DNA of 64,000 nt from Octopus bimaculoides (lineage: Eukaryota): assembly GCF_001194135.2 (NCBI RefSeq), contig NC_068983.1:159354303-159418302 (forward strand), read 5' to 3'. The translations under genes were made by a program, and so were the position numbers. The notes beneath the pieces are model-generated. The model did not search any database, was not told the origin of the DNA, and was given only the letters and a program-made list of their open reading frames with translations. Shown one piece after another: positions 12,452-24,040 of the stretch. Each line of letters opens with the position of its first letter. Position 1 is the stretch's first letter.

Positions 12452-12621
12452 ACATTATTTACATTTGACGGATATTTTTCCTCATCTTGTTTGTTCTTAA
12501 CACAACGTTTCGGCTGATATACCCTCCAGCCTTCATCAGGTGTCTTGGGGAAATTTCGAACCTGGGTTCTCATTCCTAAGGTGTTTTTCGATGTTATTGT
12601 TATTATTACTATTACTACTAC

Positions 12622-12652
<31 letters not shown>

Positions 12653-12653
12653 G
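12452..12653 (-). mobile_element. 3' part of the tRNA-head/(AAT)n/hammerhead unit (copy A)
   Basis: Near-identical to 34290-34450; interrupts the CR1 endonuclease fragment; its (AAT)n runs into the N gap. Confidence 0.9.
12499..12544 (-). ncRNA. Minimal type I hammerhead ribozyme motif
   Basis: Minus strand GACAC-CUGAUGA-A-GGCUG(GAGGGUAUAU)CAGCC-GAAAC-GUU-GUGUU: stem I GACAC/GUGUU, intact core boxes, 5 bp stem II, palindromic AACGUU stem III, GUU cleavage triplet. Confidence 0.8.
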
Positions 12654-13129
12654 NNNNNNNNNNNNNNNNNNNNNNNNNNNNNNNNNNNNNNNNNNNNNNN
12701 NNNNNNNNNNNNNNNNNNNNNNNNNNNNNNNNNNNNNNNNNNNNNNNNNNNNNNNNNNNNNNNNNNNNNNNNNNNNNNNNNNNNNNNNNNNNNNNNNNNN
12801 NNNNNNNNNNNNNNNNNNNNNNNNNNNNNNNNNNNNNNNNNNNNNNNNNNNNNNNNNNNNNNNNNNNNNNNNNNNNNNNNNNNNNNNNNNNNNNNNNNNN
12901 NNNNNNNNNNNNNNNNNNNNNNNNNNNNNNNNNNNNNNNNNNNNNNNNNNNNNNNNNNNNNNNNNNNNNNNNNNNNNNNCAAACAACTGACAAGCAAATC
13001 TGTGGTATTGAGCAGAATATTTGCTGTAGACCATCTTTTTATATCAAGACAAAACAATGTACATGATAACACTTCCAATCAATTAAGATCAGAAGCCATG
13101 AGAACCACTGCCTGGTACTACATCCGGAC

Positions 13130-13132
<3 letters not shown>

Positions 13133-13202
<70 letters not shown>

Positions 13203-13357
13203 TTCACAGCCTAGAATCGAACTCAGAATCTTAGGGTTAGTTGCCCGCGCGCTTAACCACTACGTCATGTGCCTGTGGGCATACGGCGTAGTGGTTAAGA
13301 GCGGGCATATGGCGTAATGGTTAAGAGCGCGGGTTACTAACTCAAGATTCCGAGTTC
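13133..13357. mobile_element. tRNA-like heads of the same unit in head-to-head arrangement: (ATT)n plus a minus head (13200-13273) and two tandem plus heads (13277-13302, 13303-13357)
   Basis: A-box-like TGRCGTARTGG and B-box-like GTTCGATTC; heads match 34455-34521. Confidence 0.85.
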
Positions 13358-13359
13358 TA

Positions 13360-13455
13360 CATTGAAAATATTTGCAGATGATATGCTTTTAAATGAAAGT
13401 AAATTTGATTTGATCCACTTTGGGAAAAAGGAAACTCTGAAATTACCATATGCTC
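13360..13455 (+). mobile_element. CR1-type reverse transcriptase fragment
   Basis: KIFADD...LNESKFDLIHFGK, i.e. FADD and FN..KF motifs joined by an internal deletion. Confidence 0.6.
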
Positions 13456-14600
13456 TTCTCCATCTTCCGCCATCACCCACGCCTCTTTTAAGCATAAAGT
13501 GGGTGACGTGTCGGCGTCGCCCGGCCACAAGCCATGTTCCTTATTAAGCCTCTTCAACCTTTGCAACACGGCCAACGTTATGACCTCCACAGCTATCTGC
13601 AGAGGCCATTCGGGATCAGGTGTGCAGGTCAAATTTGCTCCCTTCTGGTGCTTTTCCAGCTCTCCTCCACTTCTCCGCCTCTGTAGAAGAAGACCAATAA
13701 TTCCTCTTCCTCCGTTACGGGATAGGCATAAGTCCACCCGAAGATGGTTCAACGTCCGTCGGCAGTTCAACCGTCGGCATACCATTTTTTCTTTTCTCTT
13801 TTTCTTTTTTTTTCCAGTGGGAGGAGGAGTCCTCCGGTTTAGCCGGGGGCCTTAATTCTCCTTCCACCTCTACATTTATGTGAGGTTTCAGTGGGCTACT
13901 ATCAATGCCCGCCTTTCTCTTTTTCCCTCTTTCAGGTGAGGCCTCCGCCTCCTCATTTTTCCCCCTGCTGAGCAGGACTGCGTTCTTTATAAATTGACTG
14001 CTCTTGGGCCACTCTCTGGTCCCGGTGACAATCCTTCTTTATATGGCCGGGCTCCAGGCACACGTGACACTTGGGGGCGTCCCTCAAAGATCATAGGTTA
14101 CCTTGATCCAGCCATAGTCAAGTAGTCTGGAAAAACCAGACTGTCAGCGGCTAACTGGGTCCACAGAGTCAACACGGCTTTAGCCCCGACCCAACACTTT
14201 TACATCTAGCAATTTGGTGTCCTTACTGCTACCAAGTCCCCGTCGGACAGTTTCTGCTATCCATTCGGGCTTAATCCCTGGCGGAAACCCACACACCCAC
14301 GTACGCTTGCATTTTCTCCCACAATATGAGGGAAGAAACAATCCTTTCCCCTTCCAGGAACTGACTGACGAACTTACACGCCATCTCCAGGGTCTCGAAC
14401 AGCAATTATACAGTTGCATATTTGGGACCCCTGGCAATATGCCTTATCATCAGCATATATTCCGCCAGTTCTTCTATCTCTGGTCTGGAAAAGGAGACAA
14501 TGGTGTCCAAGGAGCTTGACTAAGTCCTCAGAACCACTGTCCTCTCTTTCAAATCTTTCACCCATTCTTTGGGTGGGTTGATCTCCCACTCCAAAGTAAT
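13455..14600 (-). mobile_element. Tx1/L1-type ORF1 (gag-like) remnant
   Basis: Zinc knuckle CHVCLEPGHIKKDC near 14010-14060; LFLPSYCGRKCKRTWVCGFPPGIKPEWIAE aligns with LLPTYMGKRTSRVRINEVQPEVGPKEVVA of the neighbouring ORF1; frameshifted. Confidence 0.7.
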
Positions 14601-15469
14601 GTTGTTAGTATTTTTTCTTTCTGTTTATTTTTTCTTCTTGTTCACAGTTAATTGTACAAGAAAAATTAAAACAAAAAGCAAGAAGCAAGAAAGAAGGTGA
14701 AAAGGAAAAAAAAACAGTTAGAAAAATGCACAGTTAAATGTCCACTGTCCTCTGGCCTATTCGAACTCCTGGCCAGGCCTGGGTAGTCCGATATAGGTAA
14801 TCCACGATAACAAAATAATTTTATCCACAAAATCTGGTTTTCACTGTATAATTAGCAGCAATCAGTACTTGAATGTCGATAAACACGAACAAAATTCCAT
14901 TTATGAAAGTCTTCAGTAAAAAATTTTCATTAGGAAAAATTCTTGAGTTGCGGGATACGCCTCCTAAAAATTTTCAACAAAACGAACGCAACCAAAGCGA
15001 AGAAAATTGCCCCGAGAACTTACTAGGGAAAAATAGCAATAAAATACTAGCGAAAAATAGCAATAAAATACAAGTAACGCACCTCCACTGTGCCCCAGAA
15101 ACAAAATTTCCCCTACCTTCAGGCCACGCTGCTAAAATCTTTTCGTAGACTTAATCCACAACAGAGCAAAATTTAGCTGTGTTGCTATTATGGGTTGAGA
15201 AACCACTCTGATGCGCCGTGAAGCGGGAAACAAACTTCTTTATTTCATATTAATTTGCCATACAAGCATTACAGAGAGGGGACAAACAAGGACAGACAAA
15301 TATAAACAGGTGAAGAAGCTTTCACGTTTAAAAATTTTTTAAATGTTCAATTATTTGAATGTGAATAAAAATATATGATAAAATTAAAAAAAAGAAATTT
15401 ACAAAATGGTCGTTGCGTTTCGCAACGAGGAGCGTTGGAAGGAAGGCACCCGACCATCTGGGTAGAACC

Positions 15470-18420
15470 TTTACTTCCTAAATCGGCCTCACTTACCTGG
15501 TGCCAATCGCATCCAACTTGCTCACCACAGGCTTCCATCTTTTCACAAAAATATCCCGTGACAGACATTTCTTCTCCAGCCTGATCTTACTACCGAGGTG
15601 GTAACTAAAAAAGTTAACCAACCCCTGGCCAGAGACAAAGGGACCTGGAACTATACCTTTCTCACGCGTCTTCCATACTGTTTCTTTCAGTATGGCTACT
15701 ACGCAGAGAAAACAAGCCTTCCTTTCCCTGTTAAGGGAAGGAGGTGGCACAATCTCGATGATAAACCCAGCTGATAGCTGTACTCTTTCCATCACTGACA
15801 ACAGTTGTTCTACTAAAGCTATCAGTCCCGACAACTCCGAACACTCCGCGTGCAAGACGGTTTCCCTGTCTTGCCCACATCTCGGGCAAGTCAGCGAGAC
15901 GGCACTTCCGTGCCTTGACAGCTTATAGCAAACGGGTAACGCCGCACGGAAACACTACCAAGCCAGGGATTTCTGGTAATTATCCAGATACCCTGGTCCA
16001 AACGTTCTCCTGAACAGATTGACCAACTGATTTTCATCGTAACCTAGGGTCTCCCCCAAGGCGTCTTCTGACATAGATTCCACTAACGCGCTATAGAAAT
16101 CCGCGATGGAACTCCTGCTGCCGGCATTGCCTACCCGAGAGAGTAGCTGGAGCGCCTGACGACACTCCAAATGTCAGTTTCCCAGCTTGGGTCTCCGCTT
16201 GATTCATGTATCAATCTCCGTTAAGGACATTAACTGGGGAAGGTAGAATCGAACGTGCGGTGACCACACCTGCTCTCCATCCAGGTAAAGCTAGAGGTGC
16301 CTCAACCTTAACGCGAATTTTCGCATCTTCAGCCAAGGCATCCCAAGCCCACCCTTTAGCGGTTTCTGGCAGCAGACAGAGCGCTTTACAAGTGGCTTTC
16401 CTCCCTTCCANNNNNNNNNNTTTTCGCATCTTCAGCCAAGGCATCCCAAGCCCACCCTTTAGCGGTTTCTGGCAGCAGACAGAGCGCTTTACAAGTGGCT
16501 TTCCTCCCTTCCACAAAAAGCGGAAAAGGATTCTCTCCAACTTGTTGAGCCACAAATCGGGGCAAGGCACCACGGTCAGACGGTAGGTGATTACTGATGC
16601 TATAAACATCTGTACTACCTCCGCCTTTCCTAGCAAGGAAAACGCCCGCCCAGACCAGGTCTGGGTTAGAGCGGTCACCTTGCTGGCCACCTCGCTACAT
16701 TTTTTCTCTATCTGGAGGTCTGGACCAATCCAGACTCCGAGCAACTTAACAGGACCTTCCGCCCCCCCCCCCCACGACGTTATTGGACGCCATCGGCTTG
16801 CCCCTTCAGGTGCCGAGTTGCAAACCGACCGATTTGTCCCTGTTAACTTTAGCTCCTGCCCCCACCTTGTAAATTTTGATGGCCTTTTCCACCACTGGAA
16901 GCTGACACTCATCCACCACGATGATGGAGATGTCATCCGCATACGCCGTAGCTCATTTTCCACACCAAAGATCATGCGGTGCGCCCCCTAGTGCCTCCAA
17001 CTTCCGCAGCAATGGCTCAAGAGCCAACACATACAAAAGCGGAGACAGGGGATACCCCTGACGAACTGAACGCTTGATCCTGAACGGTTTCGAAAAGAAA
17101 CCGTTCACCTGAACGACAGACTCGATGTCGCTGTACAAAGCAGCAATCCAACCGCGGAAGGTCGTGCCCGGACCAGCCTTTTCGAGGACCGCCGCCAAGT
17201 ACCGATGGTCGACCCTATAAAACGCCTTAGACTGATCTAAATGCACCAGTGCCCCTCCCGCTGCGCCAGAAAGTTTCCTTACCCTATCTAAGGAGTAGCG
17301 TAGAAGGTGGAGATAGTCGTAGATCGACCTGCCCGGGATAGCACAAGTTTGCGCTTCTCCGACAAGTCTGTCCACGACCCGCGCCAACCTTTCGGTAACA
17401 CCTTGACCAAAATCTTTAACTCTGTGTTTAGCAGAGTTATGGGCCTAAAGTTCCCTATCTCACCCCCCCTTGCTCGGGTCCTTTCTGATCAACGTCACTA
17501 CCCCCAGCTCACAGATTTGGGAATTCTCCCATTCTGCTGCCAGTTGGCGTAAACGCTGGCCAGTAGGTGCCCGAACAAGTCTGGCATACTTTTATAGAAT
17601 TCATAGGGCAGACCATCGAGACCCGGCGAGTTGTCTCCGGGGCATTCGCCATGCACCTCAATCACCTCCTCGGCTGTGATTTACCCTTCACAGCACTCAG
17701 TCTCTCGTGCCGAGAGACGCGGGCCACCAGACAGGAAGTCCCTGAGAGCCTCACCATGATCCAGTGTCCCGCACCTCCCGAACAACTCGGCAAAATGCTC
17801 GTAAAGCACCTCACACATCTCGTCCCGTTCTCTGACCGTGCGTACTTTTCCATCAACAAGAGACCTAATTGTGGATTCGTTGCTACGCTGGGTTTCTTCC
17901 GTACGGGCCCATCCGGCAACATTAATTCCCTCACGGTCCAATGTTCGCACTTTAGCCCGAACTCTACACCCTTCATGTTTGGTTTTGAGGTGAGGGTCCA
18001 ATGCCAAAATGTGAGATGCAGAGCTCAACCTCAACGCCTCCTCTATATCCTTCACTAATTGCCCTTCTATTCTAGCCCTATCTAGTCTTAGCTGTTTGCT
18101 AAACCTAATAGAATCGAAACGAATGGCTCTTTTGAGGGCGAACCACCACCGGTTGTTAACCACGGCACCGGTTAACGCCCTCTGTGCTAACTCCTTAATC
18201 CGGCTACGATATAAGTCAAAATAGACTTGTTCAGCTTCCAGTAGCTGGGTCCTTTCCTAAATGTACTATCTACGTTCAGTCTACACTTAACCATTCTATG
18301 GTCAGTGTAGGACACTTGGACAAGCCTTATCTCTAGTTCTTATTATTATCCTGTCTAAATAAGACTTGAACCTTCCGTCGCCACTCATCCAGGTTCACTC
18401 TGGCACGTTCGGATGGTCAA
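15470..18420 (-). pseudogene. Tx1 ORF2 (truncated APE endonuclease plus RT), frameshifted
   Basis: SYLDRI...YTDH, GPSYWKLN, AQTCAIPGRSI, LDQSKAF..VDH, VRQG.PLSPLLY, YADD motifs spread over ORFs 17681-18163, 16953-17387 and 16211-16975. Confidence 0.9.
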
Positions 18421-18429
18421 GCAAAGGCT

Positions 18430-19860
18430 CTACTTACCTTTTGCTGGAAAAGTTGGGGCCGACTTCACCACCCGTGTGTCAGCCCCTTCCTTCTCCTCTT
18501 TCTTCAGGTAACTTGGTAAGTCGTCTATCTTCCAGATGGCCGAAGGATGCCTTGCCTTTAAATCCCGGTATATGGATTCTCCTATCGTGGCACATCTATT
18601 CTTAAGGTCCTTATGTTGTGGATAAAGTCTCGTTGTATTATGTTTCACGATAATGTCGTTGGTGTATTTGTCTCTTGTATCATATTCAATCAATCGTTTT
18701 CTTTTTTTACAGGGGCGGTTGGGCGGGGTCTCTTTTTTATTGTTTGTGATGCATCGCCTGTATTATTTTTTGTAGGCAATGTGGATGGGGATGATGCTAA
18801 AGTACGTTTCCGTACAGGCGTGAACTCCTCCTCTGATACCTCCATGGTATCGTCTGGGGGCGTTGCACCATGTTCACAATGTGCCAGTTTTCAAGGGGGT
18901 GGGAGGTTTTATTTTTGTAGGGGCTTGTGTGTGCGAGGGCTGGTTTTTCCATTTATTTGTTTGGGGGCTGGCACCGTAACAGCGGGCGTGGGAGTTTTTG
19001 TCTTTGTGGGGGCTGGTGTGGGTGCGGGAGTGGGTATTTTTTCCCGTTTGAACGGCCTTGTGTATGCGAAGTTTTTCTTTATATTGTGTACAATCCACAC
19101 GAATGTGGCCCAATTTTCCACATTCATAGCAGGTGGGTTTTCGGCCTTCCACCTGCATTCTAAGGGCCACATTATTGCCCACGAGCACTCTTTCTGGAAG
19201 TACCTGAAGCTCTTCCTGTGTCCCCTGGATAATGACTGTGATGCTCCACCCTAGCCAATTCTGCGGGACAGAGCATGTAACTGTTAAGCAACAGGGCGGC
19301 CACCACTTCTTTAGGGCCAACCTCCGGTTGTACTTCATTAATTCTAACGCGGGAAGTTCTCTTCCCCATATACGTTGGCAGAAGTACCACCTCTTTGGTT
19401 TTAAGGGGATACACGGAATGCCCGCGGGCCACCTCTTCTCTGAGAATCGGACCTCAACAGTACCATATGCCCGCCCCCTTGCGATATACACTACGTCCTT
19501 CCATATCGGAGGCAGGCATTTTTCGATCTTTTCTTTTTCAAAGTGTTTAAACCTCTTGTCCTGCAGACAGAAGGTTTTAAACACTACGATCCGTTTCTCA
19601 GTCTCCAAAATACTGGGGGAGGGTGATATCGTAACATCACCTCCCCCCTCCTTCATTCTTTTAAACATGTATTTTAATAAATCGACATTAATGTCAATAT
19701 TTTCAGTTGCCACTGCGACGGCCATGGAGTATTTTTTCGCATTAGTTTCCTTTACATTATCGCTCTCTATGAGAGTACACTGTTCGTGTATAATTTCAAC
19801 CGACATAATTCGGTTGAAATTAATTGAAGAATTAACAAAAATTAAATTGGTTTCCCACAC
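18430..19860 (-). pseudogene. Tx1 ORF1 (gag-like nucleic-acid-binding protein), frameshifted
   Basis: CYECGKLGHIRVDC zinc knuckle in ORF 18874-19860; Pro/Thr-rich linker; continuation in 18430-18693. Confidence 0.85.
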
Positions 19861-20228
19861 AAACTGGGAAACCTATAAAAAGGTATCCCTCTTAAAGAGG
19901 ACAAAACATGTTCAAACAATTCAAATCCCACCCCCGTTAGGGGCAGGGGCACAAAATTAGTCTAGAAAGACTATTCAGAGTTCAAAAAAATAAAATGGTC
20001 CAACAAAATGCCGCAATAGCCAGCAACTTCAATACGTTTTGTAATTATTCCCGGGTAAAACCGGGAAATAAAACAGTTCAACAAATATTCAACAATAATT
20101 CCTTCGTTCAACAGCAACAAATCCAACAGGTAATATAACGAATAACAACAGCAATAACAACACCACCAACAACAACAACAGCAAAACGCTTACCAGGAGG
20201 CAGAAAAAACACGTCCGAACAAGAGTCG

Positions 20229-20267
20229 GGGAAACAAACTTCTTACCATACAGCCACGCCTGCGCCT
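20229..20267 (-). mobile_element. SINE family 1 head fragment at the Tx1 insertion site
   Basis: Reverse complement aggcgcaggcgtggctgtatggtaagaagtttgtttccc matches the family 1 5' end. Confidence 0.75.
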
Positions 20268-20619
20268 ATATACATACATACATACATACATACATACATA
20301 CATACATACATACATACATACAAATATNNNNNNNNNNNNNNNNNNNNNNNNNNNNNNNNNNNNNNNNNNNNNNNNNNNNNNNNNNNNNNNNNNNNNNNNN
20401 NNNNNNNNNNNNNNNNNNNNNNNNNNNNNNNNNNNNNNNNNNNNNNNNNNNNNNNNNNNNNNNNNNNNNNNNNNNNNNNNNNNNNNNNNNNNNNNNNNNN
20501 NNNNNNNNNNNNNNNNNNNNNNNNNNNNNNNNNNNNNNNNNNNNNNNNNNNNNNNNNNNNNNNNNNNNNNNNNNNNNNNNNNNNNNNNNNNNNNNNNNNN
20601 TATATATATATATATATTT

Positions 20620-20840
20620 ATGTGTGTGTGTATCTTTGAGTCAGTGGTTGTCTCCCACCACCTCTTGAAAAACGATGTTGGCGTGTTTGCGGTCCCATGA
20701 CTTAGCGGTTCGGAAAAAGACCGAAAGAATAAGTACCAGGCTTTTAGAAAATAAGAACCGGGGTCGATTCATTCGACTAAAAATTCAGAGCTCCAGCATG
20801 GCCGCACTCTAATGACTAAAATACATAAAAGATAAAAGAT
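20620..20840 (+). mobile_element. SINE family 1, 3' half
   Basis: gacttagcggttcgg...gaataagtaccagg...ggggtcgattcattcgactaaa...ccagcatggccgc...taaaagataaaagat. Confidence 0.85.
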
Positions 20841-23139
20841 ACACACTCACAAGCACGCCCACACACACATACACACACAGACACATACAGATACAGACAC
20901 ACACACACACATGCACAGAGAAATTGCATTAATAGTCAACGTTCTATACTAGAATTTTACAGAGACAAACCCAGGAATAGATATATAAATTCAATATTCA
21001 GAAATAAGTCAATCAATTTATTAACCAATCATTTAATAAATAAATCACGTATCAGAAAGTGTGTATGAATTTTCTAATGCGAGGTGTATTTATCATGTTT
21101 GAAGGCTCGGTGTAGAATACACACAAAAAAGGTCCCCATCAACAATTAGTAATTTAACAGTTATATCTTCGAAATTAAAAGTTGCAGAAAAGAAGGTTAA
21201 AAATTAAGATATCGAAAATAGAATATCAAAAGTCAATACAACAATTATATAAGTACGACACCATAATTTTACCTTCATATTCTATCGGTTTAGAGAAGTT
21301 ATGAACAAAGCTTGACTGGATTTTATGTAAAAACAGCGTAAGGATTCTAGTAGACTATGATGATGAAGTTATCAAACTATAGTAATATAAAACAGTCGGA
21401 GACCTGTCACGACATTCTTATTGAATAAAGGTTATGAAGAAAAGAAACGAAAGAGCAATGAAACATTACCACAATAAACTAGTAATTTAAAGTTTGAGCA
21501 AAAGCGTGAAACAAACATTGAAACAGAGTTTAAGCAAGTAAATAAATAAATTAAGTTAAATTTAAGAAACTAACTATAAACCAAGAGACGGATGTGATTA
21601 ATAAGGAAACATAAGTAGAGATTCAAAACTTAAGGGACCGAAATTAAGTCTAGTTCTCAAAAGAGGTAATGAAATTATGTGACTGATTATAGGGTAAAGG
21701 TTAAAATAAAAAAAATATTGAAAAAACTGAAAAAACCTGAAAAATTGAAGAATTAGATTCTTTGTAATACCAAAAATACAATTTGAAAAAAGCTCTTTTT
21801 AAAAATATTTAAAAGTTTTAAAGATTATAAAAATTGCAAAAGTCTGGGAAAGGGAAAATTAGAGAAAATAGGCAAAGGAAAGCTATAAAAAGAAAAAAAA
21901 AACTCATAACGCTCTATTAACGTGAAACTTTTAGAATTATAAATTTGCGAAACAAGAATATAAAGGAAATGAAATGATCAAAATGATTACGACAAAATTT
22001 AAAACATAGGAATCACAACATTAATGGAGCTAAACAATTAAAATTTAAAATTTTAAGTTACAGATTAATAACGATAAAAATCGAAGTGATATTCAAATGT
22101 ACTAAATTTACCATAAAAACGTAAAAATTTTAAATTACCTCTAGAAAGAATTTCAAAAAAAAAAAAAAATTGAAGTAAATAAGAGTGACTGGAAGTCTAA
22201 TAAAAATATTATTTAATAATTTCTAAGTTAACGGTGAATACTGAAAGACAGATGAACATAACCACCTCCACGAAAAACTTAGTAGGTTATTGGAAATCTT
22301 ACAAATAGAGATAAATATATATGCATATAATTGTGTAAGCAGCTAATAAATAATTGAGTACGTTTATTTATTAGACAATTTTTATATCCCCAAGATCTCT
22401 AATGATTTCAAGAAATACAGATTGCACACACGAAAAAGGAGTTTTAATTACAATCCAAGACATTTCGTAGTCTAATTTTTCCCTTTTGAAATTCCATATC
22501 AATTCGACCACTGAGGTAGTGTTCTGCTTACAGGGATTCTTAAATGATTGTTTATGGTTATATGATCTATATTTAAATGAACAGTCTGAGGCACCTATAT
22601 AACGTAGGATTGCACTGTGTGGAAATAGAGCACTTATAAATTACATTTTCTTAGGGTATTGTTTAATGGACATTTATTAGGAATTCCACAGTTACATATG
22701 TGAGAAAGATTATTATTATTAGCATTTGTTTTCTTGAAGTCCTTCTTTTAGTAGGTTCAGCATCAGCCGTAGTAGGTTCACTCGAATTTTTACTTGCTTG
22801 TTGGCTAGAATAAAGGATATCCTCTTCAACTACTAGTTCAATCATGTTCAACAAGGCTGATACTATCATATAATTATTTTATTATTCAAAGCAGCTATGC
22901 TGTCAGCTGAATTTCGAGTATGGAATTCGAGAATTAGATGGAAAGCCTATTGAAGATTTTATGGTACTTATAAGTCAGGTAAAAATTTCATACCCCCAAG
23001 TGTCTGAAGATACTTGTTCTCCGAAGAATACACTAGACCATACATACATACATACATACATACATACATACATACATACATACATACGTACATAAATACA
23101 TACATACATACATACATACATACATACATAAAGGCAGGA

Positions 23140-23290
23140 AACGTTGACAGACAACAAATGTATGTTGTGCAAGACGAAGACTGAAGACACCAACCACGTT
23201 ATTACCAACTGCGAGAAAATGCCTTCAGGATTTTATCTTCCATGAGGCCTGATGCGGTGGCCAGAGCAGTTTGGGACACGATGACAAAAA
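23140..23290 (+). mobile_element. R4/Dong-type (RLE) LINE fragment, C-terminal zinc-finger region
   Basis: DNKCMLCKTKTEDTNHVITNCEKM...DAVARAVW fits the C..C....E...H+...C......Y..RHD.VA motif that precedes restriction-like endonucleases. Confidence 0.7.
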
Positions 23291-23664
23291 AAAAAAAGGA
23301 AAACAAATATAGACAAAGTTGACTATATTTAGACCGATGGGTCAAAAGAATATTTGTGGAAATGAAAACACAACCAGTCAGATATTGTTGTGTGGGGCCA
23401 GAAGAGAAAACTTAGGCTCTGTTGTAGGCCTTACAAACACCATTCGCACCAATTCCTTATTTCCATAAAACAAATCCATATACACAATAAATACACACAT
23501 CCACATAAACAATGGTCAAGCAGCACGCACACAATATCAAGAAAAATACACACACACATATAACGATGGTATACATACACATACACGCTTCAATTCACCG
23601 TAACACCAAAATATCACAACCATCTAAAGATAACCCCCACAAAAAATGATGTACNNNNNNNNNN

Positions 23665-23705
<41 letters not shown>

Positions 23706-23749
23706 CACATATAAGCTGCAACAAACTTTTATACATACAAGCTACTCAC

Positions 23750-24040
23750 CAAGTACCATCAAGATAACTTTCTTACAGCTAACTTAAATGTTACTCTTAT
23801 ATGTCTGAAACATTTCTTCTGTGTCACTTCCGACCATGTGACATGCGCCGTTTTCAAACAAACTTGATAAAGAGCAACACATATTCTTCCATCGTTTCGT
23901 TTTTCCCTTCCGTCGCTTTGTTTTCCTTCCGTCTTATACACATTTAATTTTACTAAGTATTTGACATTTTGAACAAAAGTTTATTCCCGAAACATCAAAG
24001 AAACTGCCACTTTCTTAGCGTCATGCTAATATTTACAGTA
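23750..24040. promoter_or_regulatory. Candidate bidirectional promoter / first-exon region
   Basis: ETS-like ACTTCCG at 23826-23832 in a locally CpG-richer patch; minus-strand donor ttg|gtgagt at 23749; plus-strand ATG 24023 followed by donor |gtatgg at 24038. Confidence 0.35.

Larger units (their letters stand above)
15241..20228 (-). mobile_element. Tx1/L1-clade non-LTR retrotransposon, both ends apparently present, internally deleted and decayed, 16 bp TSD
   Basis: gggaaacaaacttctt at 15225-15240 and 20229-20244; ORF1 with CCHC knuckle; ORF2 fragments with endonuclease end, RT motifs and a C-terminal Cys/His motif. Confidence 0.9.

Noticed and set aside
13200-13357. Genuine tRNA genes in SINE heads (also 11040-11118, 34455-34521, 63795-63870)
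   Set aside because: A and B boxes are present, but acceptor stems do not pair and the heads run into SINE bodies rather than a terminator.
15185-15240. ctgatgcgccgtgaagcgggaaac as a hammerhead core
   Set aside because: A9 is replaced, there is no G10.1-C11.1 pair, and no stem I or III with an NUH site could be formed.
16318-16511. ~90 bp tandem duplication inside Tx1 ORF2
   Set aside because: Identical copies directly flank a 10 N gap; typical uncollapsed contig overlap.
20150-20228. HDV-like ribozyme at the Tx1 5' end
   Set aside because: No nested double-pseudoknot pairing could be identified by eye.
21000-22350. A-rich stretch as an old LINE ORF
   Set aside because: Strand-biased composition only; no interpretable protein motif.
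22655-22699. 45 nt plus-strand exon (VLFNGHLLGIPQLH) with ttttcttag| and |gtgaga
   Set aside because: Phase-incompatible with the 24447 exon and upstream of the proposed promoter; retained only as a weak possibility.
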